Origin: Macrostomum lignano
Taxonomy: Eukaryota
Reading direction: 5' to 3'
NCBI GenBank assembly: GCA_002269645.1
Contig: NIVC01002290.1
Span: forward strand, 1 to 64,000
Length of the DNA stretch: 64,000 bases
Made by a program: the position numbers and the translations under genes. Positions 44,485 through 57,465 of the stretch are shown here, one piece after another; the first letter of the stretch is position 1, and each line of letters starts with the position of its first letter. The notes below the pieces were generated by a model. That model ran no database searches, had not been told where the DNA came from, and saw only the letters and a list, made by a program, of their open reading frames with translations.

Positions 44485-47400
44485 TGTAAAAATTGAATAA
44501 GGCAGACTAGAGGGCCGTCAATTGAACTAGCAAATAAGAAATAAGAATTAGAGCGTTCACAGAGACGCCTGCCATAACTTATATATTGATTCAAAGTCTC
44601 TCTGACGCAACCACAACCCTCACCATGCACACTGAGGAGGGGGAACGCCAAGCGTACACCTGACGGCGCTACACAGAACAGAGGGTGTAGGCTAGACAGG
44701 AACACAACTAACCATGATCGACACTCCCCCTAATGATGCTTCATCATTAAAGTACTTGAAAACGTTGATTTTCCAATCAACAGCCTTCACTCGCTGCCTG
44801 ACATGGATCAGCCAAAACTTCTCACGCAGTTTGTAAAGGGTGCTTGGAACTTCCCCGTGCAGAACTTTGCTGTGCGCGTCCCTGGATGAGGAGAACTTCT
44901 AGATGCGTCTTGTTCGAGATAAGGATGGGAATATAAGGATGGGCCGATAAGCAGCTGCACCAACGCTTGATTTATTTTTTCAATCGACCCCGACTTCGGA
45001 GCAGACCTTTGCTGTCGATGAAGAGATTCAGCTGCTTTGCGAGATCCGTAGATGCTGTCGACCTTTCAAACTGAGCAATCTCAGCGGGAAACTCCTTCAT
45101 TAATAGTAACTCTTCCAGCCAACGCTCCTCTGCTTCTGACACTTCTGCAGCTGTCAGAGTTCCTGCTCGCTCCTCCCCGCTGCGGAAGTTCGAACTTGCA
45201 AGTTTCTCACGAATCGAAAGACGTAAGCCGTCACCCTAATGAGCTTGGTCCAGGAGGAGATATCCGAATCTGTTATAACTCGCCGCAGCCCCAGGTCCGG
45301 AACAACATCAGGAAGCAGGACGATTGATTTGTCTTGGTCTGTTGTGTTAGCTCGAACTGCCGGCAAAATCGCTTTACTGTTTGACTGCCAATGGCGTAGA
45401 TTCATTCCTGCCTGGCTGAAGACGTGACGGGATCTTTGGATGAGTTCCATGGCTTGTCGTTCGCTTGCGCATCCAGAGATTAGATTGTCCGCATAGATCT
45501 CTTCATGAGAGGCGATTCAGCCCGACTTAGATCCCTGTGGCCAGAGAAAACGCAGTGCATCCCGATCTTCAGCAATGCGAATCTGAAGAAACACCTTTTC
45601 AATATCAGTTGTAAGAGCGATCGGATGAAACCGGAATGCTTGAAGAAGACGAGGAATCTGGGCCAACGAGCACGATCCAGTCTCCAGGCACTCATTCAAG
45701 GACGAGCTCCACCGATCTCGCTTAGCACTGGCATCTTGCCACTCTGACTTTCGTCGACTCTGCTTCAGGACGAATCACTGCTCGGTGAGGCAAGTAGTGG
45801 TCAAGATGGTGCGTGCCGACGGAAACCTCCTCCACTATTCCAGCTTCTTTCTGGCTCATCAGAATGCGGTGGTACTCCTGCAGCAGTGCGGGTTCACGGC
45901 GCAGTCTTCTCAGGTTGCTCTGAAGCCTCGAATTAAGTGTCCAATTCGAAAGGCCTTTTGCTCAGGTTCGGATGCGCTGGTAATGCCAATGCCTTCAAGC
46001 GTCCAAAATGTCTCCATGGAACAGTTTTCAAGGCCTTTGTTAGTGTTGTGTATTGCAAAGGCATGCGATGCGTAGGGGTAGTTCGGGGACAGCGTTTCTA
46101 GAAACTTCCACCGCGGACTTGTTTACGCATAGTTCCAGAAGTTTCCTTCCCCGGTCTTTCTAGAACTTTCCTTCCCCGCGTGCATAAATATACGAGCCGC
46201 CCTCCTATTGGCAAACCCCCTTCTTTTGGTGCCACTGAGCGCCCGGAAAATTATCTATCTTGTTTCTGCGTTCGTTAATTCAACAACAGAACATTGGCGA
46301 CGAGGATGGCGGCTAGCATCCCCGCACCCACGCCCTTCCTGGCGAACTGCGGATCACCGACAGTACCATGGAGCCGATGGATTGAGGCCTTTGAATTTTA
46401 TTACGAGGCGGCCCAATTCAAGGAGCCCGAAGGGAAGGAAGAGGCGAAACCGCTGAAGAAGAGCCTTCTGCTCCATCTGCTTGGATTCGAAGGTCAGCGG
46501 GTTGCTCGAGCACGCCAAGCAATCAAGGAGAACGACACGTTCGCAGCAACTAAGGCGGAGCTCGAGAAGATCTTCGGCGAGAAGCCCAACGTGATGGTGG
46601 CCAGATATCGCTTCCGCCAGCGCCAGCAGCTACCCGGCGAGGACGTCAAGACCTTCGTGGCAGCCCTGAGGGAGCTGACGGAGCTGTGCAACTACGGCGC
46701 GATACAGGACGATCTCATCAGAGACTAGCTGGCTGAGAAGACCAGTAACCCCAGAATCCGAGAGAGGCTGCTGACGGAGAAGGTGGAGGACCTCAACCTG
46801 GCGAAAGCACTCAGCATCGCGGTCTCCATCGAGGAAGCCTCCAAAGAAGCCAAGGCGATGGCGCCATCAACCTCGAGCACAGCTGCCGTCCAATCGATCC
46901 GACAGCCGAGGGGCCAGAAAGTCGCTGCAAAAGGGAGGCACCGCCCAGCACCAGCTGGCAGGACGGCCAAACCTGGCGGCGCCTGCACGCACTGTGGGCG
47001 AGACCACGGACCGACGACCCCCTGTCCGGCCAAGGGCAAGACATGCGACGCCTGTGGCAAGAAGAACCACTTCCGGAGTTGCTGTCGCAGCCAGCAGGCT
47101 GCTGTCAATGCCGCGGACGAGGTGATCACAGTCTACGCAGTGCCAGGTGGCGACAGGGAGGTCCGGGCGACGCTGGAACTCGGACCGGACAGGACTGCTG
47201 TCAGCCTGATGGTGGACTGCGGCGCAAGGGTGTCGCTGCTGTCCCGACAGACCGCCGACCGGATCTCAGGTGCAGTCACCTCTCCCACTACGACGAAGCT
47301 GCGTGCCTACGGTGGACTGCCGATCCAGCTAAGTGGTGTCACCGAGCTAGAGGTGCGCTACGGCGACAAGGCGATGCAGCACCGGTTCTTCGTTGCGCCA

Positions 47401-50400
47401 GGCGGCGACAACATCGTCGGTAGAGACCTGATGGAGAAGCTGGGCTTCCGAGTCGACCTTAGCGGGCAGCCACCCGGAATCGCGAAGGTCAGCGACTTGA
47501 CGGCGGACTTGCAGGCGCGGTACCCAACGACCTTCAGCGGTGCGATAGGATGCTGCGCCGGCGCTGTGCACCAGCCCAAGGTCGACCCAGCAGTGCGACC
47601 CGTCCAGCAGCCACTCTGTCGCCTGCCCCTCATGCGACAGGAGCAGGTCGGTGCCGAACTCGACAAGATAGAGAAGGACGGCATCATCGAGCGAGTTCTC
47701 GGACTTCTTGGCCGAGCAGGGCATCCGGCACGTCAAGACCAGCCTCTACCATCCGCAGACCAATGGCCAGACGGAGCGTCTCAATCGGTCGCTGTTCGCC
47801 AGCATCAGAGCGGCCATGGTGGAGAACAGGCCGTTTCAAGACGCCGTGACCAACTTCTTGTCTGCCTACCGGAGCTCCAAGCACAGCCTGACGGGCAAGT
47901 CACCGGCCGAGCTCATGCTGGGTCGGAAGTGGCGCACCGCGATCACCATGCTGTCTCCCGGAGGGGGAATGACAACGACCGAGGCGACGCCTCAGGCACT
48001 GCGGCAGCAAATCGAGGCGCGGCAGCAGCGGATCAAGGCCTACACCGATGCCAGGCGAAGGGCCCGCCCCGAGACGTTCCACCCCGGCGAGTGGGTGAGA
48101 ATCCGACGGCCCACCAAGAAGGGCAAGCTGGGTACCCGCCTCTCACGGCCACTACAAGTGCTCCATCAGGCGGGACACCACGCGGTCGAGCTCAGCGACG
48201 GCACCAGATGGAACCGGCAGCGGCTGATCCGAACACCGCACCCGGCGCAGCCGAGAGAGCGGTTCGACCCACTGGTGGACTCGGCGCCAACGACCGGAGC
48301 CGGCACGGCGGCACCGGCGGTACCGGCGGCGGAGCCTCCGGCAAGAACAGCAGCGCCCCGCCGATCTGAGCGAGCCAGGCACCCGCCGATACGCTTCATG
48401 AACTGCCGCTGGGACTGATTAAAGTGAAGTTTGGGGACTGTTGGACTCCTTGAAGGAGGGGAAGAATGTTGTGTATTGCAAAGGCATGCGAGGCGTAGGG
48501 GTAGTTCGGGGACAGCGTTTCTAGAAACTTCCACCGCGGACTTGTTTACGCATAGTTCCAGAAGTTTCCTTCCCCGGTCTTTCTAGAACTTTCCTTCCCC
48601 GCGTGCATAAATATACGAGCCGCCCTCCTATTGGCAAACCCCCTTCTTTTGGTGCCACTGAGCGCCCGGATAATTATCTATCTTGTTTCTGCGTTCGTTA
48701 ATTCAACAACAGAACAGTTAGCTCCGTGTGCGCAGCAGAGAAGCACTTGCCCTTTCTTGCCTTCCAGTTCTCCTGCCGAAATGGCGTCGGACAAGGAGCC
48801 ACACAGGAGCCACCCAAGCTGACTGGCTACTGCAACAGCCCCGTTCTGATTTCAGAACGATCCACCTGTCCTGTGACAGGGTCATAAAACTGGTCAGCTC
48901 ATACGAGGATGTTGATCTCTGGATGCTGCTCGCTGCCGATGTCCCAGTCTGCCAGATCCAGATGTAGGAAGTGATCGCTGCGCAAGCTGTTGACAACGGG
49001 CTGATGAGAGCAGATGTAGAGTACTGTGTTGGCGCACAATGTGAAGGGAGTAACGCCGTCGAGCTTACGAAGTTGGAACTCGACCTTCTCCATTTGTAGG
49101 AACCTTGGGCTCTGTGCCTCCAAATGTCGTCACTTCCATTGTCTCTTTGCCGATCATACAGAGTCCCATACGCTCAGCTAAGCCTGACAGGATGAACGAA
49201 CGGTTGCTCGCAGAGTCGAAAAGAATTCGAACCCGTGTTTCACTGCATCCTTCTGGTTAAATCAGCACAGCTCCCGCAGTAAGAGGAATCACTGTCTGGG
49301 CCTTGGTTACCATTTTCATTAGTCTTTACTTCGTGGCTCTCGTCACTGCGCGTCCGACTGTTCGAGTTTCTTCCTTCCTGAACCCGCCGTATCGAAGGTG
49401 CAACTAGGCATCCTGTCTGCCGGTCTCGGTTGGCTGTTCCACTAGCGCAGCGCAGAGACTGGGATGATGCTTTAACTTGCAGAAGTCACACTGCTTCTTC
49501 TGATAACAAGTTTTTTTGGTGGCATGACCTTTAGAGAGGCAACTGAAGCCTAGTGGGCACAGTCGATTGCAACTCTCCGGGGCAATGTTCAGCGTCACAG
49601 TAAGGACACATACTGCTGGCTCTAGCGACCTTCGTAGCCTTCGTCTGCAAAGCAGATACCGTCGTACCTTTCTTGGTTTGCCTGTCAACCGCGTGGGAGT
49701 CTGTGATGAACTGGCTGCTTGAACTCCTGCTCTGAGAGCCGCTTCCTCCCTAACCAGGATTTCTACGAGCTAAGTCCAGGACATTGAAGAATTCTTTAAT
49801 CGAATCTAATCCGTTCTCATCCGTCACTTATAGCTGACTGCCACCATAAAAAGGCCGTACGCGGCAACCATCATGGCAGTTCTAAGCATCCCGAGGCGGA
49901 CCACTTCCGGCAACTTGGGCAGCAACATAGTCTCGTATGAAGCAACACTCACCCCGAGATTCTCCAGGCTGCGGACATTGCCGTTGACTTGATCGTAGAA
50001 GTTTCTGAGGTGGTGGACTGAAGCACCTGAACAGGTCAGAGCCGAAAATTTTGCCAGATGATCGCGCGCGGCTACTCTCCGGTATCCAACCGTCGTTGCA
50101 GGTTATCGATCGCGATCTTACGTAGTTCTCGGCTGTGATGTTAAGGCCGGCGATCGAATTCTTGGCTTCTTCTGAAAGGCGCGATTGCAGGTAGCTAAAC
50201 CTGTCAACGATACTGAGGCTCGGGTTATCGTGGATGCTGTTAACTGAAGCGGTCCCAGAATGCACCATTGCATCCGATATCCATTGAATGCTAGCGGCGG
50301 CAGCTTGGGTAGCCTAATGGCCGGAGTAGTCATCAATTCAGCATTCTCTCGTGGTGACGTGGATGGAGTTGATTCTTTCGATTGCTGCTGCTCTTTTGCC

Positions 50401-51029
50401 TGCATGCGGCTTTCCCGCACAGCCTGAAGACTGCAGTCGCTTGGCAAGACTCGAAATCATCTTTCCAGCCAGCAGCTCGATCGTACTCCATGGTCTTCTC
50501 CACATCCTCTTTTGGAGCTTCTCGTCGATCTCAACGGACAGCTCTTCATCCGCTGCCAGCAGCTGTTGTTTTTTGAGGCGCAGGGCTTCCAGTACGCTGT
50601 CGATATCTTCCTCAGCAGCCCGGCCCTGAGTTGAGGAGGTCTTGGGCTTTTTGGGCCAATCTGCAGTGACCGTCACTATCAAAACTCCACGTATTTTGGA
50701 GCTGTCCATGCTGAACTGATGAGAAACCGCTGAGTCACTGTAGCACTATAAAGACAATAATTTCAATAATGTGAAATTCACTAATGAGTTCGGGCGCCAT
50801 TTTGTAGAAAATGAATAAGGCTGAGGGCCGTCAATTGAACTAGTACATTTAAATAAGATATAAGAATTAGGCGTTCACTGAGACGCCTGCCATAACTTAT
50901 ATATTTGATTCAAAGTCTCTCTGACACAACCACAACCCCACCATGTACACTGAGGAGGGGGAACGCCAAGCGTACACTTGACGGAGCTACACAAAACAGG
51001 TGTAAGCAGGCACACAACTAACCATGACA
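44485..51029 (-). mobile_element. Degenerate BEL/Pao LTR retrotransposon interrupted by a Gypsy element
   Basis: LTRs at 50803-51029 and 44485-44723 (TG..CA on minus, visibly diverged). PBS TGGCGCCCGAAC 50799-50788; PPT beside 44724. Fragments: gag (IRLPKLPP...SIVDRFSYLQSRL), Zn knuckle (CDFCKLKHHPSLC), protease (RILFDSASNRSF), RT (TTDIEKVFLQI...DALRFLW; YADN). Many stops and deletions; no TSD found. Confidence 0.9.
46044..48716 (+). mobile_element. Young non-autonomous Ty3/Gypsy LTR element with an RT-RNaseH-integrase deletion
   Basis: 250-bp LTRs at 46044-46293 and 48467-48716 (2 substitutions seen by eye), TSD GTTAG, PBS TGGCGACGAGG 46295-46305, PPT GAAGGAGGGGAAGAA. Gag ATG 46306 with an in-frame TAG at 46726, CCHC knuckle, protease (MVDCGA), start of RT, then integrase C-half (YHPQTNGQTER). 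Confidence 0.95.
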
Positions 51030-52244
51030 TATTCACGTAGTTTGCGGCATAACTAGGCTTTCTATCAGAAGTAAAAAATACAATTTTGTAATAATTTAAT
51101 GCCCTATTTCACTCAAAGCAGCTTTTTTGCAAGAAAACTTAAGAAATTTAATTAACTTGTTATAATGCACATCTATGTAAAAGCATTACTAGAAACAAGA
51201 GAATTTAAACACTTTTTTATCGAGTTTAAAAAAATCGGTTTAAAATAGCATAGTTTAATATTTATTTTTTCTTCAAAAGCATAGGCGTTTTAAAAAATGG
51301 TGGGATTTGACGGGATAAGCCTCAGCCAAGCAGTGAAGATTAAAGTATGCATTATATAGCAAAAATATTTGATTTTCTTAACAGAAGTAGGAGCATCGCC
51401 CCAGGCCAGACCAGATGGACCACATCAAAAAGTGGCGGTTCCATTGCCATATTGACCCATATAACGTTAGCGTTAACGAGTGCATCAATGGCTGAAAGCA
51501 AGAATCCACGAAGTTTTGATATGTAAAAGTATCTATTGAAGTTAGTTACTATTACTAACTATCTAGTAACTGGCAACTGACAAGCTATATCATGCTCGTT
51601 TTTTTACTAATTAAAATAAATCCTAATGTATAAATCAACATTAAATTGCAGTTTAATACTTTTTAAAATTATTTTAAACCGTTTAAGATTCAGTCTTTAG
51701 GATCTGATTTGATTTTAGAATCAGTAAAATGACATACTTTATTAGTTTTAATTTTTGCAGAGCTTTTATAATCATATGATACTTAAATGGTTTGATTTAA
51801 ATGTTAAAATTGAGTATTGATTGCTATTGTAAAACCTAGGCTCAATAGACAACAATTTTATTTTAGCTCTTAAATGGCAAAGGTCTATAATATTCGAAGA
51901 AAGTTTTTTCCAAAAGTATCTTCTTACTGCTAATTTGCAAACAAAAATCATTAAAATGATTACCTAATAATGGTCAATTCTTTACTAACTAATTATTGAA
52001 TTTTAAATTATAATATAAATATTCTGAGCTTAATAAGTTAGTCTAAAATCATAAAATTTTATCATAATAAGGCTAACAATTAATAAATTAGATTCATTTA
52101 AAGTAAAAAATTGGTAAATATTCATTCTATTTTTATATTTACAGACAGATTTACTACCTAGCTTCAATTTGCCACAGTTTTTTAAAGTAAACTTAGTTTA
52201 CATCAAAACTTACAATTTTTGCATGTTTCCAACTATACCCTAGC

Positions 52245-55200
52245 ATGCTAGACGACTATCAGTTACTGAAAGCCATTGGCAAGGGCAGCTATGGTGAGGT
52301 CTGGCTGGCAAAGCATCTTCGCGATCGGCGCCAATATGTGGTGAAGAAAATCAGCCTACAGAATGCCAACCAGAAGGAGCGGAAAAGTGCAGAGCAAGAG
52401 TGCAAACTGCTCTCCCAGCTCAAGCACCCGAACATTGTTGGCTACAAGGTAATGCTTTTTATTGCATATTTCGATTGCGAAAAAAAAAAGTAAAAATTAA
52501 ATCGAATACAATTGTCAGGACTCATTTGAGGCAAAAGGCATCCTCTACATCGTGATGGCATTCTGCGAGGGCGGCGACCTCTACAGCCGCCTGAAGGAGC
52601 AGCGGGGCACCGCCCTGCCTGAGCGCCAAGTTGTCGAATGGTTCGTGCAGATCACAATGGCCCTGCAGTACATGCACGAGAGGAACATTTTGCACAGGGA
52701 TTTGAAGACGCAAAACATTTTTCTGACCAGATCCAGGATAATTAAAGTTGGCGATCTGGGCATCGCTAGAGTGCTAGATTCGTCCAACGACATGGCCAAA
52801 ACCCTGATTGGTACTCCTTACTACATGAGCCCGGAGCTGTTTTCTAATAAGCCCTACAATCATAAGGTGAGGAGTGATTCGTTGATTCATCGAATTAAAG
52901 AAAGCAATAGTACTTTACCTACTAATTCGCTCTTACTGGGCTAAAACGTCTGAAGTAATAATTTAATTGGTCACATGTGCTTTTCAACTACTATCAATTC
53001 AGTAGCACCATGTCTCTTTGATTCAGATAAGACTTTCTTATCTTCGTTCTTTGTTAGTGTTGGCGCCACTCCTGGCACCGTTTTTATTTTTATTGTTTAT
53101 CCTCCCTCCACCTCCCTTTGGGTTAAGCTTCCATATGTACATTCCCCCCCCCGCTTGCTCTGATAAATGTACATTGGCTATTAGTTTCCTTTTACTGTTA
53201 ATCGTTTGCGCCATTCCTGGCTGGGCCAACCGTTTTATTGCCTTATCCTCCCTCCACCTCCCCTGAGGTTAAGCTTCTACATGTACAGTCCCCCCGCCTG
53301 CTCTGATAAATGTACATTGGCTATTAGTTTACTTTTATTGTTTATCGTTTGCGCCATTCCCTGGCTGGGCCATCCGTTTTATTGCCTTATCCTCCCTCCA
53401 CCTCCCCTGAGGTTAAGCTTCTACATGTACAGTCCCCCCGCCTGCTCTGATAAATGTACATAGGCTATTAGTTTACTTTTATTGTTTATCGTTTGCGCCA
53501 TTCCCTGGCTGGGCCATCCGTTTTATTGCCTATCCTGCCTCCACCTCCCCTTGGGTTAAGCTTCTATATGTACATTGCCCCCGCCTGCGCTGATAAATGT
53601 ACATTGTCTATTAGTTTCCTTTTTTATCGTACGTGCTATTCCTAGCTGGGCACCGTTTTATTGCCCATGCCCACTGTGTTGCATTAAAAAATCTTATTTT
53701 GCAATCCTATTAATGATTTATGATCCAGTCGGACGTCTGGGCTCTCGGTTGCTGCGTATACGAGATGGCCACTCTGAAACACGCATTCAACGCCCGCGAT
53801 TTCAACTCGCTGTCGAACAAGATCCTGCAGGGCCGAATGCCCGACATGCCCATGCAGTACAGCGCCGAGCTTGTGGCTCTGATCCGAGCCATGCTCAGCC
53901 AGGACCCGGACAAGCGGCCGTCAGTGAATCGAATCCTGCGCGATCGCTTTATCCGGCGCAATATTCAGATGTTTCTGGACGCCACGGCCAATCGACCGTC
54001 CACTGCGCCGGCTGGCGGCGGCGGTGGCAACCGCCGTTCGGAGGCCCGCCGAGAGGTTCCTCAACGGGCTCGCGAGGACCCGCCGCTGCCAGCCGAGGCC
54101 GCTGCCAGGGCCAGCGACCGCGAATTGCGCGAGCGCGAACGTGAACGTGAACGAGAGCGTGAACGTGAACGAGAGCGTGAACGTGAACGAGAGCGTGAAC
54201 GTGAACGTGAACGGCAGCGTGAACGTGAACGGCAGCGTGAGCAGGAGCGTGAACGTAATCCGAATCGAGACAAAGAACGAGAGCGTCAGCGTGAACGTGA
54301 ACGAGAACAGGAGCGCCAGCGTGAACAGGAACGTCAGCGTGAACGTGAACGGGAACAAGAGCGCCAGCGTGAACAGGAACGTCAGCGTGAACAAGAACGT
54401 CAGCGTGAGCGTGAAGCTCGCATCGACACGGCTGCTAGACGGCGCCGTCGTGAACAGCTAAGCGTGAACGCACAGCGTGAGTGTGGCTGGGGGAGATATT
54501 ACTGCAAAAGTGGGGCTGAGTAAGGTCTATCTGTATATGCAATTCTAACTATAAAATCCTTTTCGCCCAACCCGATCAGCCTCAATGAACGAAACCTATG
54601 ATGTCGCCTTGACCCCGAGATCGGTATATCAAGATTTGGAGCCATAAATTTTCCTACGATAGTTTTCACATTTTTCTACTCTTGGTAGCAAGTAGAAAAA
54701 GTACTATTTATTGTCTTATCGGCGTCGTACTGATTATTGCTATCCAATTTTATTCTAGTCTTGGTGTTAATGTGGAATGCTTTCTTAGAATGTTTTATAA
54801 GTTATACATTTCCTCGAATAGCTCGTACAAACATACTTCAAGTAGTGCAATAATTAAACCGGACTTTTTGCCAATATCCGGTTGCCAAGCAGCCGCGCAA
54901 AGGTCGGCTCCCGTCCCGGACGCAAACGAGTCGCTGGTGCTGCAGCCTCGGCTGCCGGTCGCGAAACCGCGTCACGCGTCTGACTCAGATCGGGCTAAGG
55001 CCATGGATGCTAGAGACAGAGGGAATTTGTTGGTAATTCCTTTTTGGTATCTTGCACTGCCGATCCCTAGGGGAGAAATGATAACACTACACGAGCGGTT
55101 TGATTTAAATTGCTAGACTAACAATCTTAACCTCCTCCCATGTATTTTTTTCGAGAACTAAAAATAATTTTTGCAGTTTGACTTATCTGGCGTGTGTACA

Positions 55201-57152
55201 GTTCATTCAAGCGACTGGATTTGGTGGGTTAAGCGGGGCTCTTTGAGAGCGTGTGCACATTTAGGTGGCTGGATTGGTGTGGGTGAAACGGGGCTCCCCG
55301 ATAGCGTGCCTGCATTCAGACGGCTGGATTGGGGTGGGTTAATTGAGGCTTCCCGAGAGCGTGTGCACATTCAGGCGTCTGGATTGGGGTGGGTTAAACG
55401 GGGCTCCCCGATAGCGTGCCTACATTCAGACGGCTGGATTGGGGTGGGTTAATTGAGGCTTCCCGAGAGCGTGTGCACATTCAGGCGGCTGGATTGGGGT
55501 GGGTTAATTGAGGCTTCCCGAGAGCGTGTGCACATTCAGGCGGCTGGATTGGGGTGGGTTAATTGAGGCTTCCCGAGAGCGTGTGCACATTCAGGCGGCT
55601 GGATTGGGGTGGGTTAATTGAGGCTTCCCGAGAGCGTGTGCACATTCAGGCGGCTGGATTGGGGTGGGTTAATTGAGGCTTCCCGAGAGCGTGTGCACAT
55701 TCAGGCGGCTGGATTGGGGTGGGTTAATTGAGGCTTCCCGAGAGCGTGTGCACATTCAGGCGGCTGGATTGGGGTGGGTTAATTGAGGCTTCCAGAGAGC
55801 GTGTGCACATTCAGGCGGCTGGATTGGGGTGGGTTAATTGAGGCTTCCCGAGAGCGTGTGCACATTCAGGCGGCTGGATTGGGGTGGGTTAAACGGGGCT
55901 CCCCGATAGCGTGCCTACATTCAGACGGCTGGATTGGGGTGGGTTAATTGAGGCTTCCCGAGAGCGTGTGCACATTCAGGCGGCTGGATTGGGGTGGGTT
56001 AATTGAGGCTTCCCGAGAGCGTGTGCACATTCAGACGGCTGGATTGGGGTGGGTTAATTGAGGCTTCCCGAGAGCGTGTGCACATTCAGGCGGCTGGATT
56101 GGGGTGGGTTAATTGAGGCTTCCCGAGAGCGTGTGCACATTCAGGCGGCTGGATTGGGGTGGGTTAATTGAGGCTTCCAGAGAGCGTGTGCACATTCAAG
56201 CGGCTGGATTGGGGTGGGTTAATTGAGGCTTCCCGAGAGCGTGTGCACATTCAGGCGGCTGGATTGGGGTGGGTTAAGTGGGGCTCCCCGAGAGCGTGTG
56301 TACATTCAGGCTGGGTTGGTTGGGGTTGAATTGGCGGTGTTATTTTTTATAAATATCGTTGTTTTTAATAAACTCGTATAGAAACTTTCACTTCCTTTTA
56401 GTTATTCATTTAACACGCCTAATTGTATACAAACTCAAAATTCACTGAAATTTGTGCTTGCATTAAACCTGGCTTTCAATTAACGTATATAATTTTCTGA
56501 TTAGCTACGCTAATTTTCGAATCTTTATCGTCCTCAATGTATATAGTCTTCTAATTGGTCTTGACTTTTAATATTATGTATAGATTAATTGTAAATTAAA
56601 CTTTATCGCCTCGTGATTTAAATTTCACAATAATTACTCCAGCCTCGTCAGCTGTCATCGCCCCGGCCGCAAGCGCCCGACGACATCTATGAGGAACCGG
56701 ATCGCGACGATGTTCACCGGCCGCCATCGTCTGTGGCCGCCGAGGAGGCCGCCGAGGACATGGAGGAGCTGGTCGAACAGATGACTGTCACACTGTCTGT
56801 TCACAAAAAACAGAAGCGGCCCGGAGACCAGCGCAGCGACAGCGAAGAGGAAGATGATGATCATGATGATGAGGAATCGGAGGCTGAGGCTGGGAACGCT
56901 GGCCCGGTGGAGTCCCGAGAGGAGACCATCGGGCGCACAACGCGCCTGCAGGCGCGGCTGGTGCAGCTACGCAAAGACTGCCTGCAGCGGCTGGGCGTTG
57001 ACCTGCTACGCCAATGCTACGCGATACTGGACGATCCCTCCAAGGACACCGAGGCCGGCCTTGTGCAGCTGCTGGGCAGGGAAACCTTCCAGGAGATGGC
57101 CGGCAAAGTTTGGCAGCTCAAGTTTGTTGAGGAGCGTCTGTTTCCTGGATAA
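52245..57152 (+). CDS. NEK4: NIMA-related kinase 4, 5 exons, ~649 aa
   Basis: Exons 52245-52448, 52519-52866, 53729-54476, 54893-55032, 56643-57152; phase-consistent, 1950 nt. Kinase motifs GKGSYG, HRDLKTQN, GDLGIARVL, GTPYYMSPELFSNKPYN. The C-terminal LRKDCLQRLGVDLL...WQLKFVEE resembles the NEK4 tail. Exon 3/4 boundaries are less certain. Confidence 0.9.
53063..53665. repeat. Intronic tandem repeat, ~143 bp unit, ~4 copies
   Basis: gcgccattcc at 53208, 53351 and 53495 in NEK4 intron 2. Confidence 0.92.
54125..54420 (+). repeat. Coding (RE)n / RQREREQE repeat in NEK4 exon 3
   Basis: CGTGAA-based repeats in frame with the kinase ORF. Confidence 0.9.
55215..56320. repeat. Intronic minisatellite, 55 bp unit GGGGTGGGTTAATTGAGGCTTCCCGAGAGCGTGTGCACATTCAGGCGGCTGGATT
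   Basis: About 20 copies in NEK4 intron 4. Confidence 0.97.
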
Positions 57153-57153
57153 G

Positions 57154-57465
57154 ATTGGGGGTCTGCGCTCGCTAAGTGACAGATTGGCATTGGCTGAGAG
57201 TCTTGTATTGGATTGGCTTTGATTGTCTGAGAGTATTTTATTGGATTGGCTGTGATTGGCTGAGAGTTTTGTATTGGATTGGCTGAGAGTATTGTATTGG
57301 ACTGGTTCTGATTGGCTGAGAGTATTGTATTGGATTGGGTCTAATCAGACCCAATGATAGTATTGTATTGGATTGGCTCTGATTGGCTGATAGTGTTGTA
57401 TTGGATTGGCTCTGATTGGCTGAGAGTATTGTATTGGATTGGCTTTGATTGGCTGAGAGTGTTGT
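57154..57465. repeat. ATTGG (CCAAT)-rich degenerate ~33 bp repeat directly after the NEK4 stop
   Basis: GAGAGTATTGTATTGGATTGGCTCTGATTGGCT-type units starting 2 nt after the TAA. Confidence 0.88.

Noticed and set aside
46726-46728. Programmed stop readthrough in Gypsy gag
   Set aside because: The TAG sits mid-gag at the conserved IRDQL Gln, so it is best explained as a CAG>TAG mutation.
51566-51577. X-box-like GTAACTGGCAAC upstream of NEK4
   Set aside because: It is a single site, lacks the usual 2-nt spacer, lies ~670 bp from the ATG, and is expected by chance.
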